Shown here one piece after another: positions 24,413 through 38,556 of a DNA stretch of 64,000 bases. This stretch comes from Neocallimastix sp. 'constans'. Lineage: Eukaryota. A model generated the notes under the pieces. It was not told the DNA's origin. It ran no database searches and saw nothing but the letters and a program-made list of their open reading frames with translations. The translations under genes were made by a program, and so were the position numbers. Each line of letters opens with the position of its first letter. Position 1 is the first letter of the stretch. The stretch lies in NCBI GenBank assembly GCA_050613775.1, contig JBODTK010000131.1:310001-374000 (forward strand). The letters are read 5' to 3'.

Positions 24413-25587
24413 ATGAGTTCATTTATTAATACAAGTAAAAAAGATTTGAAAGTAGAACTTCTTAATGAAACTATAAGTGACAATACTCAAAAAGTTAAAA
24501 AAATTTTAGATTATGCCACTGAAAATAAAATTATTATAGAATTAAATGAAAAAGATGAATATGGAGATTATCCACTTTTATATGCCACTTATCGTAATAA
24601 TATTGAAATGGTTCAATTGTTAATAGATTATGCCACTGAAAATAAAATTATTTTGGAATTAAATAAAAAAGATGACTATGGAGAATATCCACTTTTAGAT
24701 GCCACTTTTAATGATGATATTGAAATAATTAAATTATTAATATATTATGCCAATAAAAATAAAATTATTTTGGAATTAAATGAAAAAAATGAAGATGGAT
24801 ATACCCCAATATTTGTGGCAATGCAATATAATAATATTGAAATGTTTAATGTGTTGGTGAAATATTCCATAGAAAAAGGAATAAAATTAATAATTGATGA
24901 AAATAATATTGAGGAAATTATTTTGATAAAAAATTACTTTTGTAAATTAAAGAATATTTCAGAAATTAATTCTAAATTTATAAAATTTATCTATTTTTGT
25001 AAAAATAAAAATATAATTAAAGTAATATTCAGCAGAAACAGTTACTTTTTAAAAAAATTTAATGAGATTAATAAGAATAAAGGAATAGAAAATGAAATTA
25101 AGGATCATGTTATATTTGAAATTGAAAATGTATTAATGAAAATAGAATTGGAAGAAGAAAGAAGGGAAAAAGAAAAAATAAGAAAAGAAAATGAAATAAT
25201 AAAAATAGAATTGGAAGAAGAAAGAAAAGAAAACGAAAAAATAAGAAAAGACTTGAAATTACTGAGAATAGAATTGGAAGAAGAAAAAATGGAGAAAAAA
25301 AAATAAGAATACATTTTAAATTACTGAAAATAGAAAAAGAAAAAAAAGAAAACAAAAAAATTGGAAAAGAAGAACTATAAAGTGAAAAAAATACAAATTA
25401 AAAAGGTAATAATTAGACCTTATTAACCTCTGTTTTTAAACAAAAATTAATTAATTATGGAATGGATATCAATATGAAAAATAAAGGAGACACATCATTA
25501 TTAAATGCATGTAAAAATAGAAATATAGAATTAGCAAAGTATTTATTAAGTGATAAAAAAGTAAAAGAAAAAATTATAATTTCATAA
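24413..25587 (+). pseudogene. A-type ankyrin/coiled-coil gene, 3 long repeats, C-terminally frameshifted (ORF 24413-25306)
   Basis: The 297-aa ORF ends in an A9 run. A decayed C-terminal ANK pair follows out of frame. It may still encode a truncated protein. Confidence 0.75.
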
Positions 25588-25783
25588 AATCCTTTTTTCT
25601 CTTTTCTCTTCATAACAATAATAATAAGAAAATTTTTATTTTATTAATTTTTATAAAAAACAAATTAAAAATTATTATTTTTTATATTTATAACATAATT
25701 TATTAAAAATTCTTTTAATATAAATAATAATAAAAAAATTTAATTTTTATAATGAAAGAAAAAAAAAAATAAAAAAAAAAAAA

Positions 25784-27773
25784 ATGTTAAATATTATGAA
25801 TTCTTTTTTTTATAAAAATAAAGGAGATTTGAAAAGAGAACTTCATGATGGAATTATAAATCACAATACTCAAAATGTAAAAAAAATTTTGGATTATGCA
25901 TCCAAAAATAAAATTATTTTGGAATTAAATGAAAAAGATATAGATGGATGGTATCCACTTTTAGAAGTCACTTATTATAATAACACAGAAATAGTTAAAT
26001 TATTAATAGAATATGCCAATAAAAATAAAATTATTTTGGAATTAATGAAAAAAATTATAAAGGATGGTATCCACTTTTTAAAGCCACTGATAATAATAAT
26101 ATTGAGACGGCTAAATTATTAATAGATTACGTGAATAAAAATAAAATTATTTTAGAATTAAATAAAAAAAATGACAGTGAAAAGTCTCCATTTTTAGAAG
26201 CATTTGATAAAAGAAATATTGACATGGTTAAATTATTAATGAATTACGCTAATAAAATAATATTATTTTGGAATTAAATGAAAAGGATATATATGAAAAC
26301 TATCCACTTTTAAGTGCCACTTTAAAAAAGAATATTGAAACAGTTAAATTGTTAATAGATTATTCAAATAAAAATAAAATTATTTTAAAATTGAATGAAA
26401 TAAGTAAAAATAGAAACTATCCATTTTTAGTAGCAATAAATGTAAATAATTTTGAATTAGTTAAATTATTTATAAAATATGTCAATAAAAATAAAATTTT
26501 ATTGGAATTAAATGAAAAAGGTAGATATGGATGGTATCCACTTTTATATGCCACTTTTAAAATGATAAAGAAATGGTTAAATTATTATTGAATTATTCCA
26601 ATAAAAATAAAATTATTTTGGAATTAAATGAAAAAGATATATATGGAAACTATCCACTTTTATGTGCTACTTTTAAAAATAATATTGGATTGGTTAAATG
26701 GTTAATAGATTATGGAACAAAAAATAAAATTATTTTAGAATTAAATAAAAAAGATGAATATGGAGACTATCCATTGTTAGAAGCAATTTTAGAAAGTAAT
26801 ATTGAAATGGTTAAATTATTAATGGATTATGCCAATAAAAATAAAATTATATTGGAATTAAATGAAAAAGATAAATATGGATGGTATCCACTTTTAAGTG
26901 CTATTTCTAATAATAATATTGAAATAGTTCAATTATTAATTGATTATGCCAATAAAAATAAAATTATTTTGGAATTAAATAAAAAAGATATATTTAAATA
27001 TACTCCAATATTTACGGCAATGGAAAAAAATAATATTGAAATGTTTAATTTGTTGGTTGAATACTCCATAGAAAAAGGAAAAAAATTAATAATTGATGAA
27101 AATGATATTGAAAACGCAATTTCAGAAAAATATTCATTTTCTAAATTAAAGAATATTTCAGAAATTAATTCTATATTTGTAAAATTAATCTATTTACATA
27201 AGAATAAAAATTTAATTGAAGTAATGTTTAGTGAAAACAGTTACTTTTTGAAAAGATTTAAAGAAATTAATGAAAATAAAAGAATAGAAAATGAAAGTAA
27301 GAATTACGAGGTATTAGAAATTGAAAATGAAATAACGAAAATGAAAGAAAAGCAAAAAAAAAAAGATAAATAATGAATATGAATTAAAGAAAATAGAATT
27401 GAAAGAAGAAAAAAATGAAAAAGAAAAAATAAGAAAAGAAAATGAATTAATGAAAATAGAATTGGAAAAAGAAAAAAAGGAAAAAGAAAAAATAAGAAAA
27501 GACAACGAATTAATAAAAATAGAAAATAAGAAAAAAGAAAACCAAAAATTGGAAATAAAGAATTATATAATGGAAAAGATTAATAATAAAAGAGATAATA
27601 ATGAGACCTTACTAACTTCTGAATGTAAACAAGGTAATATTGAAGAAGTTAAAAAATTGATTCATTGTGGAATGGATATCAATAAGAAAAATAAAGATGG
27701 AGACACCCCATTATTAATTGCATGTAAAAATGGAAATATAGAATTAGTAAAATATTTATTAAGTTATAAATAA
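25784..27773 (+). pseudogene. B-type ankyrin/coiled-coil pseudogene (10 long repeats, several frameshifts)
   Basis: Four ORF pieces whose termini are nearly identical to 19949-22654. Confidence 0.85.
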
Positions 27774-29487
27774 GTAAAAGAAATAGTTATATTTTCATAA
27801 AGCCCTTTTCTCTCCCTTATTTTCATAATAAGCAAATTTTTTATTTTATTAATTATTGTAAGCAATAAAGATTAGAAGTTATTATTTTTTATTTTTACAA
27901 TAGAATTTGTTTAAAATTTTTTTATTATAAATAATAATGAGAAAAAGTTAATTTTATAATGAAATAATAAAAATAACAAAAATAATAATAATATTAATAA
28001 TTAAAAAAAAAAAAAAAAAATGTCGTCAAAATATTGAAAACATTATTATTATTGAAATGAATTGAATTTGAAATTTTCTTCATTTTTATTATCCTTTTTC
28101 TTTAAATAAAATCTATTATGAAAGAAAAAGATAAAATGAAATAAAAAATAAAAAATGATATAAATTATTTTATTATAATTATATTTATTTTTTATTATTT
28201 TTATTGTATTATAATTATATTTATTATTTATTATATTATTATTCAATTATTTAATATTCAATTATTTTTTATTATTTATTTTATTTATTATTGATAACAG
28301 GGTATTAATATAATTATAATATTAATAAAATGTTTTTGCTAAGTTGTCTTCTAACTCTTCATTAAAGAATTACTTTACAACTTTTATGATAAATTATTAC
28401 TAATGTAATTTTTATTATTTATAAATAAAATATCAAATAAAAATATAACTAAATATAAAAATAATTATTTTCTTATTAATTATTTTTTATTATTAATATT
28501 CAAAAAAAAAAAAAAAAAAAAACTAATAAGACATAAATAATATATTTTATATTAAAATTGATTTCTTTTATTCCTAAATTCTCTTGTAACTTCTTTTTTT
28601 TTTTTTTCATAAAGAAGTCCAATTTTGCATAATTTTTCTAATTTTTATAATTTTCTATTTATTTTTTTTTTTTCTCTTATTTAAAAATAACTTAATCTAT
28701 TTAATTAATCCATATATTATTTAAAAAAAAATTATATATAAAATATAAATTATAATATATAAAAATACAACTTAATAATATAAATTTAATATATAATTTT
28801 CTTAATTATTAATACATTATTAATACATTGTTAATACATTGTTAATATATAACTTTATAATCTTTTAACATATAATTTTAGTTTAATTTTATATATATTG
28901 TATACATAAATTGATTATGTATACATTATAAATTTTGAATTTGTTTACTTTTTTTGAAATATTATCATAAATATTTTTAATTCTTTATCAAATATTATTT
29001 ATTATTTAATTATTTATTATGATTTATTATTCAATTATTTATTATTTATAGTTATAAAAAGCAATTAAAAAATTAAAAATAATATATTATAATATATAAT
29101 AATATATTAATTTCATTTAAATAATTAAAAATTAAATAATAATAAATTAAATAAAAAAATTAAAAAATTTTTTTTTAGTTCCATTTTAAAATTTTTAAAT
29201 AATTTAAATAATTAAAAAAAAAAAATTTAAAAAATTATTTTAATTATTTTTATTTGTATAAAAGGAAAAAAAATTTCTAATAAAAAAAAAAAAAAATTAT
29301 TTTTTGAATTCATAAAAAGAAAAATTAAACAAATAAAAAAAATAAATAAATTAATAAACAAATATAAAAAAAAAAAATTAAACATAAATTATAAATAATT
29401 TCATTGTTTTATTAGAAACTTCAAAAAAAAAAAAAAAAAAAAATAAAAAATAATAATTGAATAAATATAATAAAAAATTTAAAAATT

Positions 29488-31032
29488 ATGAATTCATTTA
29501 TTGATAAAAGTAAAAAAGATTTGAAAGAAGAACTTAATAAAGAAATTAGAAGTGGCAATACTCAAAAAGTGAAAAATATTTTAGATTATGCCACTGAAAA
29601 TAAAATTAATTTAGAATTAAATGAAAAAAATGAAGATGGAAATTATCCACTTTTAAAAGCCACTTATTGTAATAATATTGAAATGGTTCAATTGTTAATA
29701 GATTATGCCAATAAAAATAAAATTATTTTGAATTTGAATGAAAAAAATGAAAATGGATGGTATCCACTTTTAAGAGCCACTGATAAGAATAATATTGAAA
29801 TGGTTCAATTGTTAATCGATTATGCCAATAAAAAAAAAATTATTTTAGAATTAAATGAAAAAGATGAAGATGGATGGTATCCACTTTTATATGCCACTTA
29901 TCTTAATAATATTAAAATAATTCAATTGTTAATGGATTATGCCAAAAATAATAAAATTATTTTAGAATTAAATAAAAAAAATAATTATGGAAGTTATCCA
30001 CTTTTATTTGCCACTGATGAGAATAATATTGAAATAGTTCAATTGTTAATGGATTATGCCAATAAAAATAAAATTATTTTAGAATTAAATGAAAAAGATG
30101 AAGATGGATGGTATCCACCTTTAAGAGCCACTGATAAGGATAATATTGAAATGGTTCAATTGTTAATAGATTATGCCACTGAAAATAAAAATATTTTGAA
30201 ATTAAATGAAAAAAATAAATATGGAGATTATCCACTTTTAAGAGCCACTTATGAAAATAATATTGAAATGATTAAATTATTAATGGATTATGCCAATAAC
30301 AATAAAATTATTTTGGAATTAAATGAAAAAAGAAGATATGGATATACTCCAATATTTGGGGCAATGCAAAATAATAATATTGAAATGTTTAAAATGTTGG
30401 TGGAATATTCCATAGAAAATGGAATAAAATTAAGAATTGATGAAAATGATATTGAAAAAGTGATTTCGAAAAAATATTCAAATTGTAAATTAAATAATAT
30501 TTCAGAAATTAATTATAAATTTATCGAATTAATCTATTTTTGTAAAAATAAAAATATAATTAAAGTAATATTCAGCAGAAACAGTTACTTTTTAAAAAAA
30601 TTTAATGAGATTAATAAGAATAAAGGAATAGAAAATGAAATTAAGGATCATGTTATATTTGAAATTGAAAATGTATTAATGAAAATAGAATTGGAAGAAG
30701 AAAGAAAGGAAAAAGAAAAAATAAGAAAAGAAAGTGAAATAATAAAAATAGAATTGGAAGAAGAAAGAAAAGAAAACGAAAAAATAAGAAAAGAAAATGA
30801 AATAATAAAAATAGAATTGGAAGAAGAAAGAAAAGAAAACGAAAAAATAAGAAAAGAAAATGAAATAATAAAAATAGAATTGGAAGAAGAAAAAATGGAG
30901 AAAAAAAAAATAAGAAAACACTTGAAATTACTGAGAATAGAAAAAGAAAAAAAAGAAAACAAAAAATTGGAAAAGAAGAACTATAAAGTGAAAAAAATAC
31001 AAATTAAAAAGGTAATAATTAGACCTTATTAA
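29488..31032 (+). CDS. A-type ankyrin/coiled-coil protein (7 long repeats; lacks C-terminal ANK pair)
   Basis: 514-aa ORF. Decayed C-terminal ANK sequence continues out of frame to ~31193. Confidence 0.82.
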   Translation: MNSFIDKSKKDLKEELNKEIRSGNTQKVKNILDYATENKINLELNEKNEDGNYPLLKATYCNNIEMVQLLIDYANKNKIILNLNEKNENGWYPLLRATDKNNIEMVQLLIDYANKKKIILELNEKDEDGWYPLLYATYLNNIKIIQLLMDYAKNNKIILELNKKNNYGSYPLLFATDENNIEIVQLLMDYANKNKIILELNEKDEDGWYPPLRATDKDNIEMVQLLIDYATENKNILKLNEKNKYGDYPLLRATYENNIEMIKLLMDYANNNKIILELNEKRRYGYTPIFGAMQNNNIEMFKMLVEYSIENGIKLRIDENDIEKVISKKYSNCKLNNISEINYKFIELIYFCKNKNIIKVIFSRNSYFLKKFNEINKNKGIENEIKDHVIFEIENVLMKIELEEERKEKEKIRKESEIIKIELEEERKENEKIRKENEIIKIELEEERKENEKIRKENEIIKIELEEEKMEKKKIRKHLKLLRIEKEKKENKKLEKKNYKVKKIQIKKVIIRPY

Positions 31033-32030
31033 CCTCTGTTTTTAAACAAAAATTAATTAATTATGGAATGGATATCAATATGAAAAATAAAGGAGACACA
31101 TCATTATTAAATTCATGTAAAAATAGAAATATATAATTAGCAAAGTATTTTTTAAGTGATAAAAAAGTAAAAGAAAAAATTATAATTTCATAAAATCTTT
31201 TTCTCTCTTTTCTCTTCATAACATTAATAATAATAAAATTTTTATTTTATTAATTATTATAAAAAACAAATTAAAAATTATTATTTTTTATATTTATAAC
31301 ATAATTTATTAAAAATTCTTTTAATATAAATAATAATAAAAAAATTTAATTTTTATAATGAAAGAAAAAAAAAATAAAAAACAAAAAAAGAAAAAAAATC
31401 AAAATAAAATCTAAAAAAAATAAAAGTTAGAATTAGAATAATAAAATAAAAAATAAAAAAAAAATTATAATATATTTTTTTAAATATATATATATATATA
31501 TATTAATTTTCATTTTAAAGTATATATTGTTATATGCTGTTATATAATTATATTTTATAATTAAAATATTTAATTATAACTTTAAAGGTATAAATTTAAA
31601 ATTTTAAATGTCTAAAAGAAAAAAAATTATTAAATTGTTATTAATTTTTTTTTTTTTAGTCATTCATTTTTATATTTATATAAATATATTTTTTATTTTT
31701 TCAAATTTTCCAAAAGAAAAGCTGTTTTTTATTTAATCTAATTTTTATTTATAACTCTATTATTATAAAATTTGAATAATATTAAACCCCTTCTAGAATT
31801 CCAAATTAAAATGTGTGAAAAACAAATTTATAAATGTAAGACAAACACTGTATTAATAAAAACAATATAACAAAGTATTTTATGTTATGAGTAATATTAT
31901 AAAATGTTTATTAATAATTTTTATTATAAGTATATATATATTTTTCTAAGAGATATTTTTACATTAAATTTATTTCATATTTTTATATCTTAGTTAACAT
32001 TATTTAATTTACTTAGAGATTAATTATTGG

Positions 32031-35000
32031 TTAATATAAATTAATAATATAATTCAAGTCCATTGGCTGTGTTAATAATGAATTTCTAAATTTGTCCATG
32101 GAAGATCCGTTTAGATATTTTGTAAAGCCATCTGCTAAATTGTTTTGAGATTTTACATATTTTAATATTATTTTATGGTTCTTTACTAATTCTCTTACAT
32201 AGTGCAATCTTATGTCCATATGTTTTGTTCTTGGATTAATCGATTGGTTTTTTGCATTATAGATTGCAGCTTTATTGTCTATGTTGACTTCAATACTACT
32301 AATGTTGGATTTTAATTCCTTCAATAAGTTTATGTACCACATGCAATGTTTGCTACATTCGCTAAGACTATAGTATTCGGCCTCAGCTGTGGAAGTCGAT
32401 ACACAATGCTGTAGTTTTGAACACCAACTAGTAGGTGAATCTCCTATTGTAATTACAAATCCTGTAGTCGATCTTCTTGTTTTTGTGTCCCCAGCGTAGT
32501 CTGCATCTACGAAAGCTTTGACATTGGAGTTTCTTGATATGTTTATACCATATTTTATCGATCCCTTTAAATATTTTAACATTCTTTTTAAATTTTCCCA
32601 ATTTTCCAAGTTGGGTTCTTTTGATTTTTGTGACGCTTTAGATACTGCATATGATATATCGGGTCTAGTACAGATACCTAAGTATAATAAGCTTCCAACA
32701 GCGCTTCTATAAGTAGTTTCATTCATTTTCGTTTTTCTTAATTCTTCGTTTTCAATTGGTGTTATATTAGGAATAGGAGTAGCACTTAATAATCCATATT
32801 TGGTAATTATATCGTTTATATATCTTTCTTGATTTAAGAAATAACCGTTTTTATGCTTTACAAATTTTATTCCTATTATGAAATTGACTTCACCAATTTC
32901 TTTTATTTTAAATTTATTTTTTATCATATTTTTGATTTGATCTACTTTTGCTTTGTTACCTGCAAGTAGTATATCGTCCACATAAACAGCTATGAGGCAT
33001 GTAATCTTGTTATGTTTATCTGTTGTAAAGTATATACATGGTTCACAAGTCAATCTTTTGAAGTCAATGTTTAGTAGATGCCCATTTAATTCATTGTTCC
33101 ATTCCATTCCGCTTTGCTTTAGACCATATATGGCTTTCTTGAGTTTCCAGATGTATTTCTTGTGATCGGGATGTCCCTTTGGAGGCTCCATGTATATTTC
33201 TTCCTTTAGATGAGCGTTTAAATAAGCAGCATTAACATCTATTTGTTCTATTTGGAAATTATTTCTTGCTGCTATATATGTAAATATTCTTATCGAATCT
33301 AGTTTTAAGGTGGGTGCAAATGTATCTTTATAGTCTATTCCATGTTGCTGTGTGAACCCTTTTGCTACAAGCCTTGTTTTTTTTTTGACTATGTCCCCTT
33401 TAGAGTTTCTTTTGTATTTGAATATTAGTCTGGATTTGATAATATTAGCTTCTTCTGGGATTTCATCTTTATTTACTTGTTCATAAACTTTTAGGTCTCT
33501 CAAGTTGCCAAATTCATTTTCAGCAGAGTTAAACCATTCTTTTTGATCTTCGAGGTTGTATATATCGTCATAGTCTAAAGGTTCTCTTAAATTCTTATTT
33601 AATACTTGATTGTTACATATTAAAGTATTATTATTGTTAGGTGTTTGGTTTCCTTTAACTTTATTGTTTTGGCTGCTTATAATACTGTTGATATTCATAT
33701 CGTTTGTTTAAGAATGAATGTTTGTATTTGAATGATTGTTGTTGTTTTTTGTTTGATTAATGTTGATGTTATTATTATTGCTTTGAGTAGTATTAATAGT
33801 GTTATTTTGATTATTATTGATGTTGTTATTTTTGATAGTGCTGGTAACTTTGCGTTGACTTGTGTTATTAGTTGTATTTTGAGTAGAAGTGTTATTAGTG
33901 TTTTGGTCTTTTCCTTGTTTATTGAAATGAACTGTGTTTTTATTTATGCTGTTTTCTGGAATAAATATTGATGCTGGTTTTGCGTTAATATGATTTTTTG
34001 TGTAAGAGTTATTGTAGTAATAAGAACTACTATTCCCCCAAATTTCATAATTGGGAATAAAATTTTGATGGTCAATACAGCAATTAGTCGTATAAAAATC
34101 TCCAGGGTTGGATTCAAAAAATTCAACACTACGTGAGAGTATTATTTTATTGGTAGATGTGTCTAAAATTTTGTAAGCTTTGAGGTTATCTGAGTAACCA
34201 AGAAAAATACCAGGAGAAGCGTTATTTTGAAATTTTGTTCTAAAGGATTTTGGGATGTAGTAATAGACTTTACATCCAAATACTCTTATATTTGAATAAT
34301 CTAATTTTGATTTGTTTAGCCGTTCATATGAGATAATGTTGTTGATTCCACGATGTGGTAGTCGATTATGTATATAATTAGAGGTGTGAACGGCGTCTTC
34401 CCAAAAGTGTTTACTTAACTTAGCATCGTTAAGCATTACTTTGGCAGATGAGATTAGAGTTCCATTGAATCGCTCAGCTCTTCCATTTTGCTGAGGATTG
34501 TGTGGAACAGTAAATTGTTGAATGATTCTGTAAGATTGACAGAAGTCCTTGAAGTTATTATTGCGGAATTCCGTACCATTATCAGACCGTAAATATTTTA
34601 TTCTAGTATTGTATAGATTTTTTACGTTATTGAACCATTTATAAAAAGCGGAAAATGTGTGATCTTTACCTTTTAGAAAAAGAACCCATCCGTATCTAGA
34701 TTAATCATCTAAAATAGTAAAAAAATATTTGTTTCCGTGAATGGATTCAGGTAATGGACTTACCAAGTCCAAGTGTAGCAGTTCAAAGATGTGCTTAGTT
34801 GTATTAATATTTTTTTAAATAAGATTTGTTTTTAATCTTGGATTGAGCACATAGAGGACATTTTAATTTGATGTCTGTCTTAAGTAATTTATTTTTAATT
34901 GGTTTTATATCGAAGTGACTAAACCTTCTGTGACCTAAATTTAATTTATCAGAAATCTTCATGTTAATATAATTGATTTCATCATTTGTGCTTCTGGTAC

Positions 35001-36507
35001 TATTGTCGTGTAGAAATATACGTTAGGTTGATAACCAAATGTTGAATGTGTTATTTGTATTTGAAATGATATTGGCGATTTTGTTTTGGTATTTGTCATA
35101 GATCGTGACAAACGATTTGTTGTGATTGGTGTTAAATAAAATTTTATAATCTTGTTTAATTAAGTTTCCAATTGATATTAAATTTTTATTGATTAATGGT
35201 GAGTAATAAACATCTTCATTTGTGAATTCGTATTCATTAATATATCCTATGAAGGTGCCAACTTTATTGATGATAATCGATTGATTATTTGCAAAAAATA
35301 TTTTTTCATTGCAATATTTAATATTTGTGAGTTTATCTAGTCTGTTGGTGATGTTGATTGAAGCTCCTGAATCTAAGGTCCAACAGATTAATTCTTTATT
35401 AATAGATTTTGTTGATTTATTTTTATTATCTATTAAGTCTATAGTATTTGATTCATTTGTGTTGTAATCTTGAGAAAAACACTCTGCATATATATCGTTA
35501 TTGTTGTTTCTTTGTATGTTATCTATAACCTTTTTGTTTTTTATATTTGATTTATTATAATTGTTTTTTCTTTTAAAATTTGTATTGCTTCTTCTTCTTA
35601 ATTGGTTTCTTTTTCTTTTAAAGCAATTGTAAAAGAAATGCCCTCTTTTACCACAGTAGTTGCATTTAATATTCGGTCGTTTTGTATTTTTATTGATACT
35701 TTTGATATATCGTTTTGATTTTTCTTGATTCTTTTTGTATGTACTCTCAGCTGAAAAAATGTTTTTATTATTGTTTTCTTTAATGTAGTTTGATTCTGTT
35801 AGATTGAATAACAAGATTTGTGATATTACATCTTTTACATAATCGGTACATTTTTCCCAATCACTATTGTATTGAAATACATTGATGAAGCGAAGGTTTT
35901 CCCGTAGTGCCCTATTCAAAATACCGACTTTTGTGCTGGTGCTTAGATCTTCATCTATTTTTTCTAATTCTTCAATAGTGTTTTGAAGATCTGCCATAAA
36001 TATATTTATATGTTGTTCTTCTTCGAACTTTAACTCGTTTAGCTTTTTCTTTAGTTCTAACTTTCTAGATTCCTTTGATTTAGTAAATGACTTTTCTAAG
36101 AGTTTCCAAACTTGATGAGCTGTTTTTCCATTTCCCTTTACTATTTCTTGAATCTTTTCTCCTAAGGTGTTAAGTATCATCCATTTTGCCGTAATATCGT
36201 TGTTAATGTCATTTTCATTAGTATTTTTAGCATATACTAATGTGTTGTCAAATTGGTCTTCCGTGTAGTCTAATATGTTCCTCTTTGATATCTTTCTTTC
36301 TTAATTTCTTAATTTTTTCTTTAGTGGCGTAAAGTACTAGATCATTTATGGTCAATAGATAAAGGATGTTTCCTTTCCATTCTGATAATTTTCAGTTGTT
36401 AATTCAATTACTCTGTTGAAATTCTCAGAGTAATTGAAATTCACTATCTTCCTTGGATTGTCAGTAGCTTCCACGTTGATTACTTGATTAACTCTTCTTG
36501 GTGTCAT
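32031..36507 (-). pseudogene. copia gag-pol polyprotein, disrupted (gag CCHC, protease LDSGAS, integrase, RT YVDD, RNase H)
   Basis: ORFs 35023-36180 (CNYCGKRGHFFYNC, WTLDSGAS), 33708-34436 (integrase C-part) and 32031-33698 (RLVAKGFTQ, YVDDILL, DADYAG, ADGFTK). Probable ATG at 36507. Several stops and frameshifts. Confidence 0.92.
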
Positions 36508-37094
36508 TTTATTCTTTATTAAAAATTGAAGTAATTAGTAATATATCTTATATTTAATTTTTAATATTGCTTTAAATTATTTAATATCAGAAGAGATTTT
36601 TGTGTTTTAGGATATTCTATTTTATATATATTATTTTTATTATTTTATTAATTATATATTAAAATTATATATGTTTATATTAAAAATAAATTTTGTTAAT
36701 ATTATGTATGTCCTTTGATTCGTATATAAAAATAAAAAATATAAAACATTTAAATTCATTGGGTACTATTAATAGTGACAAATTTTGTTTTGTATACATA
36801 TATATTATTGTGAATATTGAAATTACTTTGTCTGTAACTATAAATGTATTTGATTGCTTTTATTCTTTATTAATTTAATTTAAATTTTATTTATTTTTAA
36901 TGGATATGTTTACTCTTATTGGTTTTCTGTTTGTATGTTTTATATTATTGTTAATATTAATATTAATTTATGTAGTTTAGTTTTATTTTATTTATATTTT
37001 AAATTTGTTGTAAATTTTTTTTTATTATATCTGTCAAGAATGTTTAATGATTTATTATAACTTAATTTTTATTAAGATTTCTTAATATATATGA

Positions 37095-37640
37095 TTTCAA
37101 TTTTGTAATATAATATATAAGTGCTGTTTCTTCCAAGTCAGTAATACTATCGGTAATACTTCTGCAATACATTCATAGGAAACATCCTTTATAATTATAA
37201 ACTTTTCATTAAAACTTGGATATTTTAAAATAGGAGCATTTATTATTTTTTTTTTTTTGAAAATCAAAACTTTGTTGATGTTCGAAATTCCATTTATATT
37301 TATCATTTTTTCTTAACAATATATATAAAGTAGTTCAATAAAGTTTCTATAATATCTTACTTCTCCAAGAAAGGAGTGTAATTAATGAATATCAACTGGT
37401 GCTTCCCATTACCAGTTAGCCTTAATTTTAGTATTCTGAGGACTTAAACCTTCTACTGATGCCTTATTACTTAAGACTTCTCCTTCAGTCTGCATAAAGG
37501 TACATTTTTCAATATTATTTTGTAATTTGTGTTGGCGAAATACTTCCAACACATGTCGAATATAACTTAAATGTTCATTTATACTTTTAGAATATACAAA
37601 AAATATTATTTATAAAGTTAAAGACAAACTTTCCAAGCTG
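37095..37640 (-). mobile_element. Ty3/gypsy RT / RNase H-connection remnant inside the copia element
   Basis: Motifs YSKSINEHL..VLEVF...EKCTF, SFLG...YYRNFI and NAPILKYPSFNEKFIIIKDVS (AP.L..PDF...F...TDAS-like). Confidence 0.75.
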
Positions 37641-38392
37641 GAGCTCTGGTTACTTTAAACTTTGCAACTGAAGTTCAAAATTCATATTGAGTCATGTTTT
37701 AATGTTGGCTCAAAGTTATCCTGAATGTTCAATTCTTATTCTCTTATGTAAAATCCTCTAACAAAACAATCAATCTTGAATTTTTTTGTTTTGATTATTT
37801 CATCATTGGTCCTCTCTTTTTTTTTTTTTTTTTTTTTTGTATTTTTTGTTTATATTTTTTTATTTAATATTTGAATATCTAATATAAATTAATTTTAGAA
37901 TTTTAAAGGTGTATTCTACTTCAATTACCATTATTATTAAACACGATAAAATTATTGTAAAAAAACAAAAAATTAAAAATACAAAATTTTATATAAAAAT
38001 ATATTTTACCTTTCTTTAAAAAAATCTTATTTTATTTGGATAAAAAAATATTTTTTCTTAATAAAAGCATATAGATTTTAAAATTTTTTTATAATATTTT
38101 TTAAAAATAAAAAAATAATCTTACTTTTACTTTGATAAAAATTTATTTCTTCTTTATAAAAGCATATAAATTTTAAAAAAAATTTTTTTTATAATATATC
38201 TTAAAAATAAAAAAATGTTACTTTCTCAATAAAATTTTTTTTTTTTTTTATTTTTCATTTTATTAAATATAAAATATAGGATACATATATATATCTTTAA
38301 AAAAAATTAAAATATTAAAAATAAAATAAAAGAAGAAGAATTATTAATAAAAGATAAAAAATAATTGAAATTAAAAAATAAGAAAATATTCA

Positions 38393-38464
38393 AGGGGCGT
38401 TCCGGATTTGAACCGAAGACCTATTGATCTGCAGTCAATTGCTCTACCGCTGAGCTAACACCCC
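38393..38464 (-). tRNA. tRNA-Cys: tRNA-Cys(GCA)
   Basis: GGGGTGT/ACGCCCC acceptor, TAGCTCAGCGGTAGAGC D-arm, TTGA CT GCA GA TCAA anticodon arm, GGTTCAAATCC, U discriminator, 72 nt. Confidence 0.96.
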
Positions 38465-38474
38465 CAGTTAGAAG

Positions 38475-38556
38475 CGTCAGCTGCAGGGTTTGAACCTGCG
38501 CGGGCAGAGCCCACCAGATTTCAAGTCTGACTCCTTAACCACTCGGACAAACTGAC
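38475..38556 (-). tRNA. tRNA-Ser: tRNA-Ser(TGA)
   Basis: GTCAGTT/AGCTGAC acceptor, TCAGA CT TGA AA TCTGG anticodon arm, long variable arm GGGC TCT GCCC, GGTTCAAACCC, G discriminator, 82 nt. Confidence 0.96.

Noticed and set aside
25290..25310. Programmed phase variation at A-runs (A9 in 24413 and 47258 copies versus A10 in 29488)
   Set aside because: Cannot be distinguished from homopolymer sequencing error or ordinary slippage without reads.
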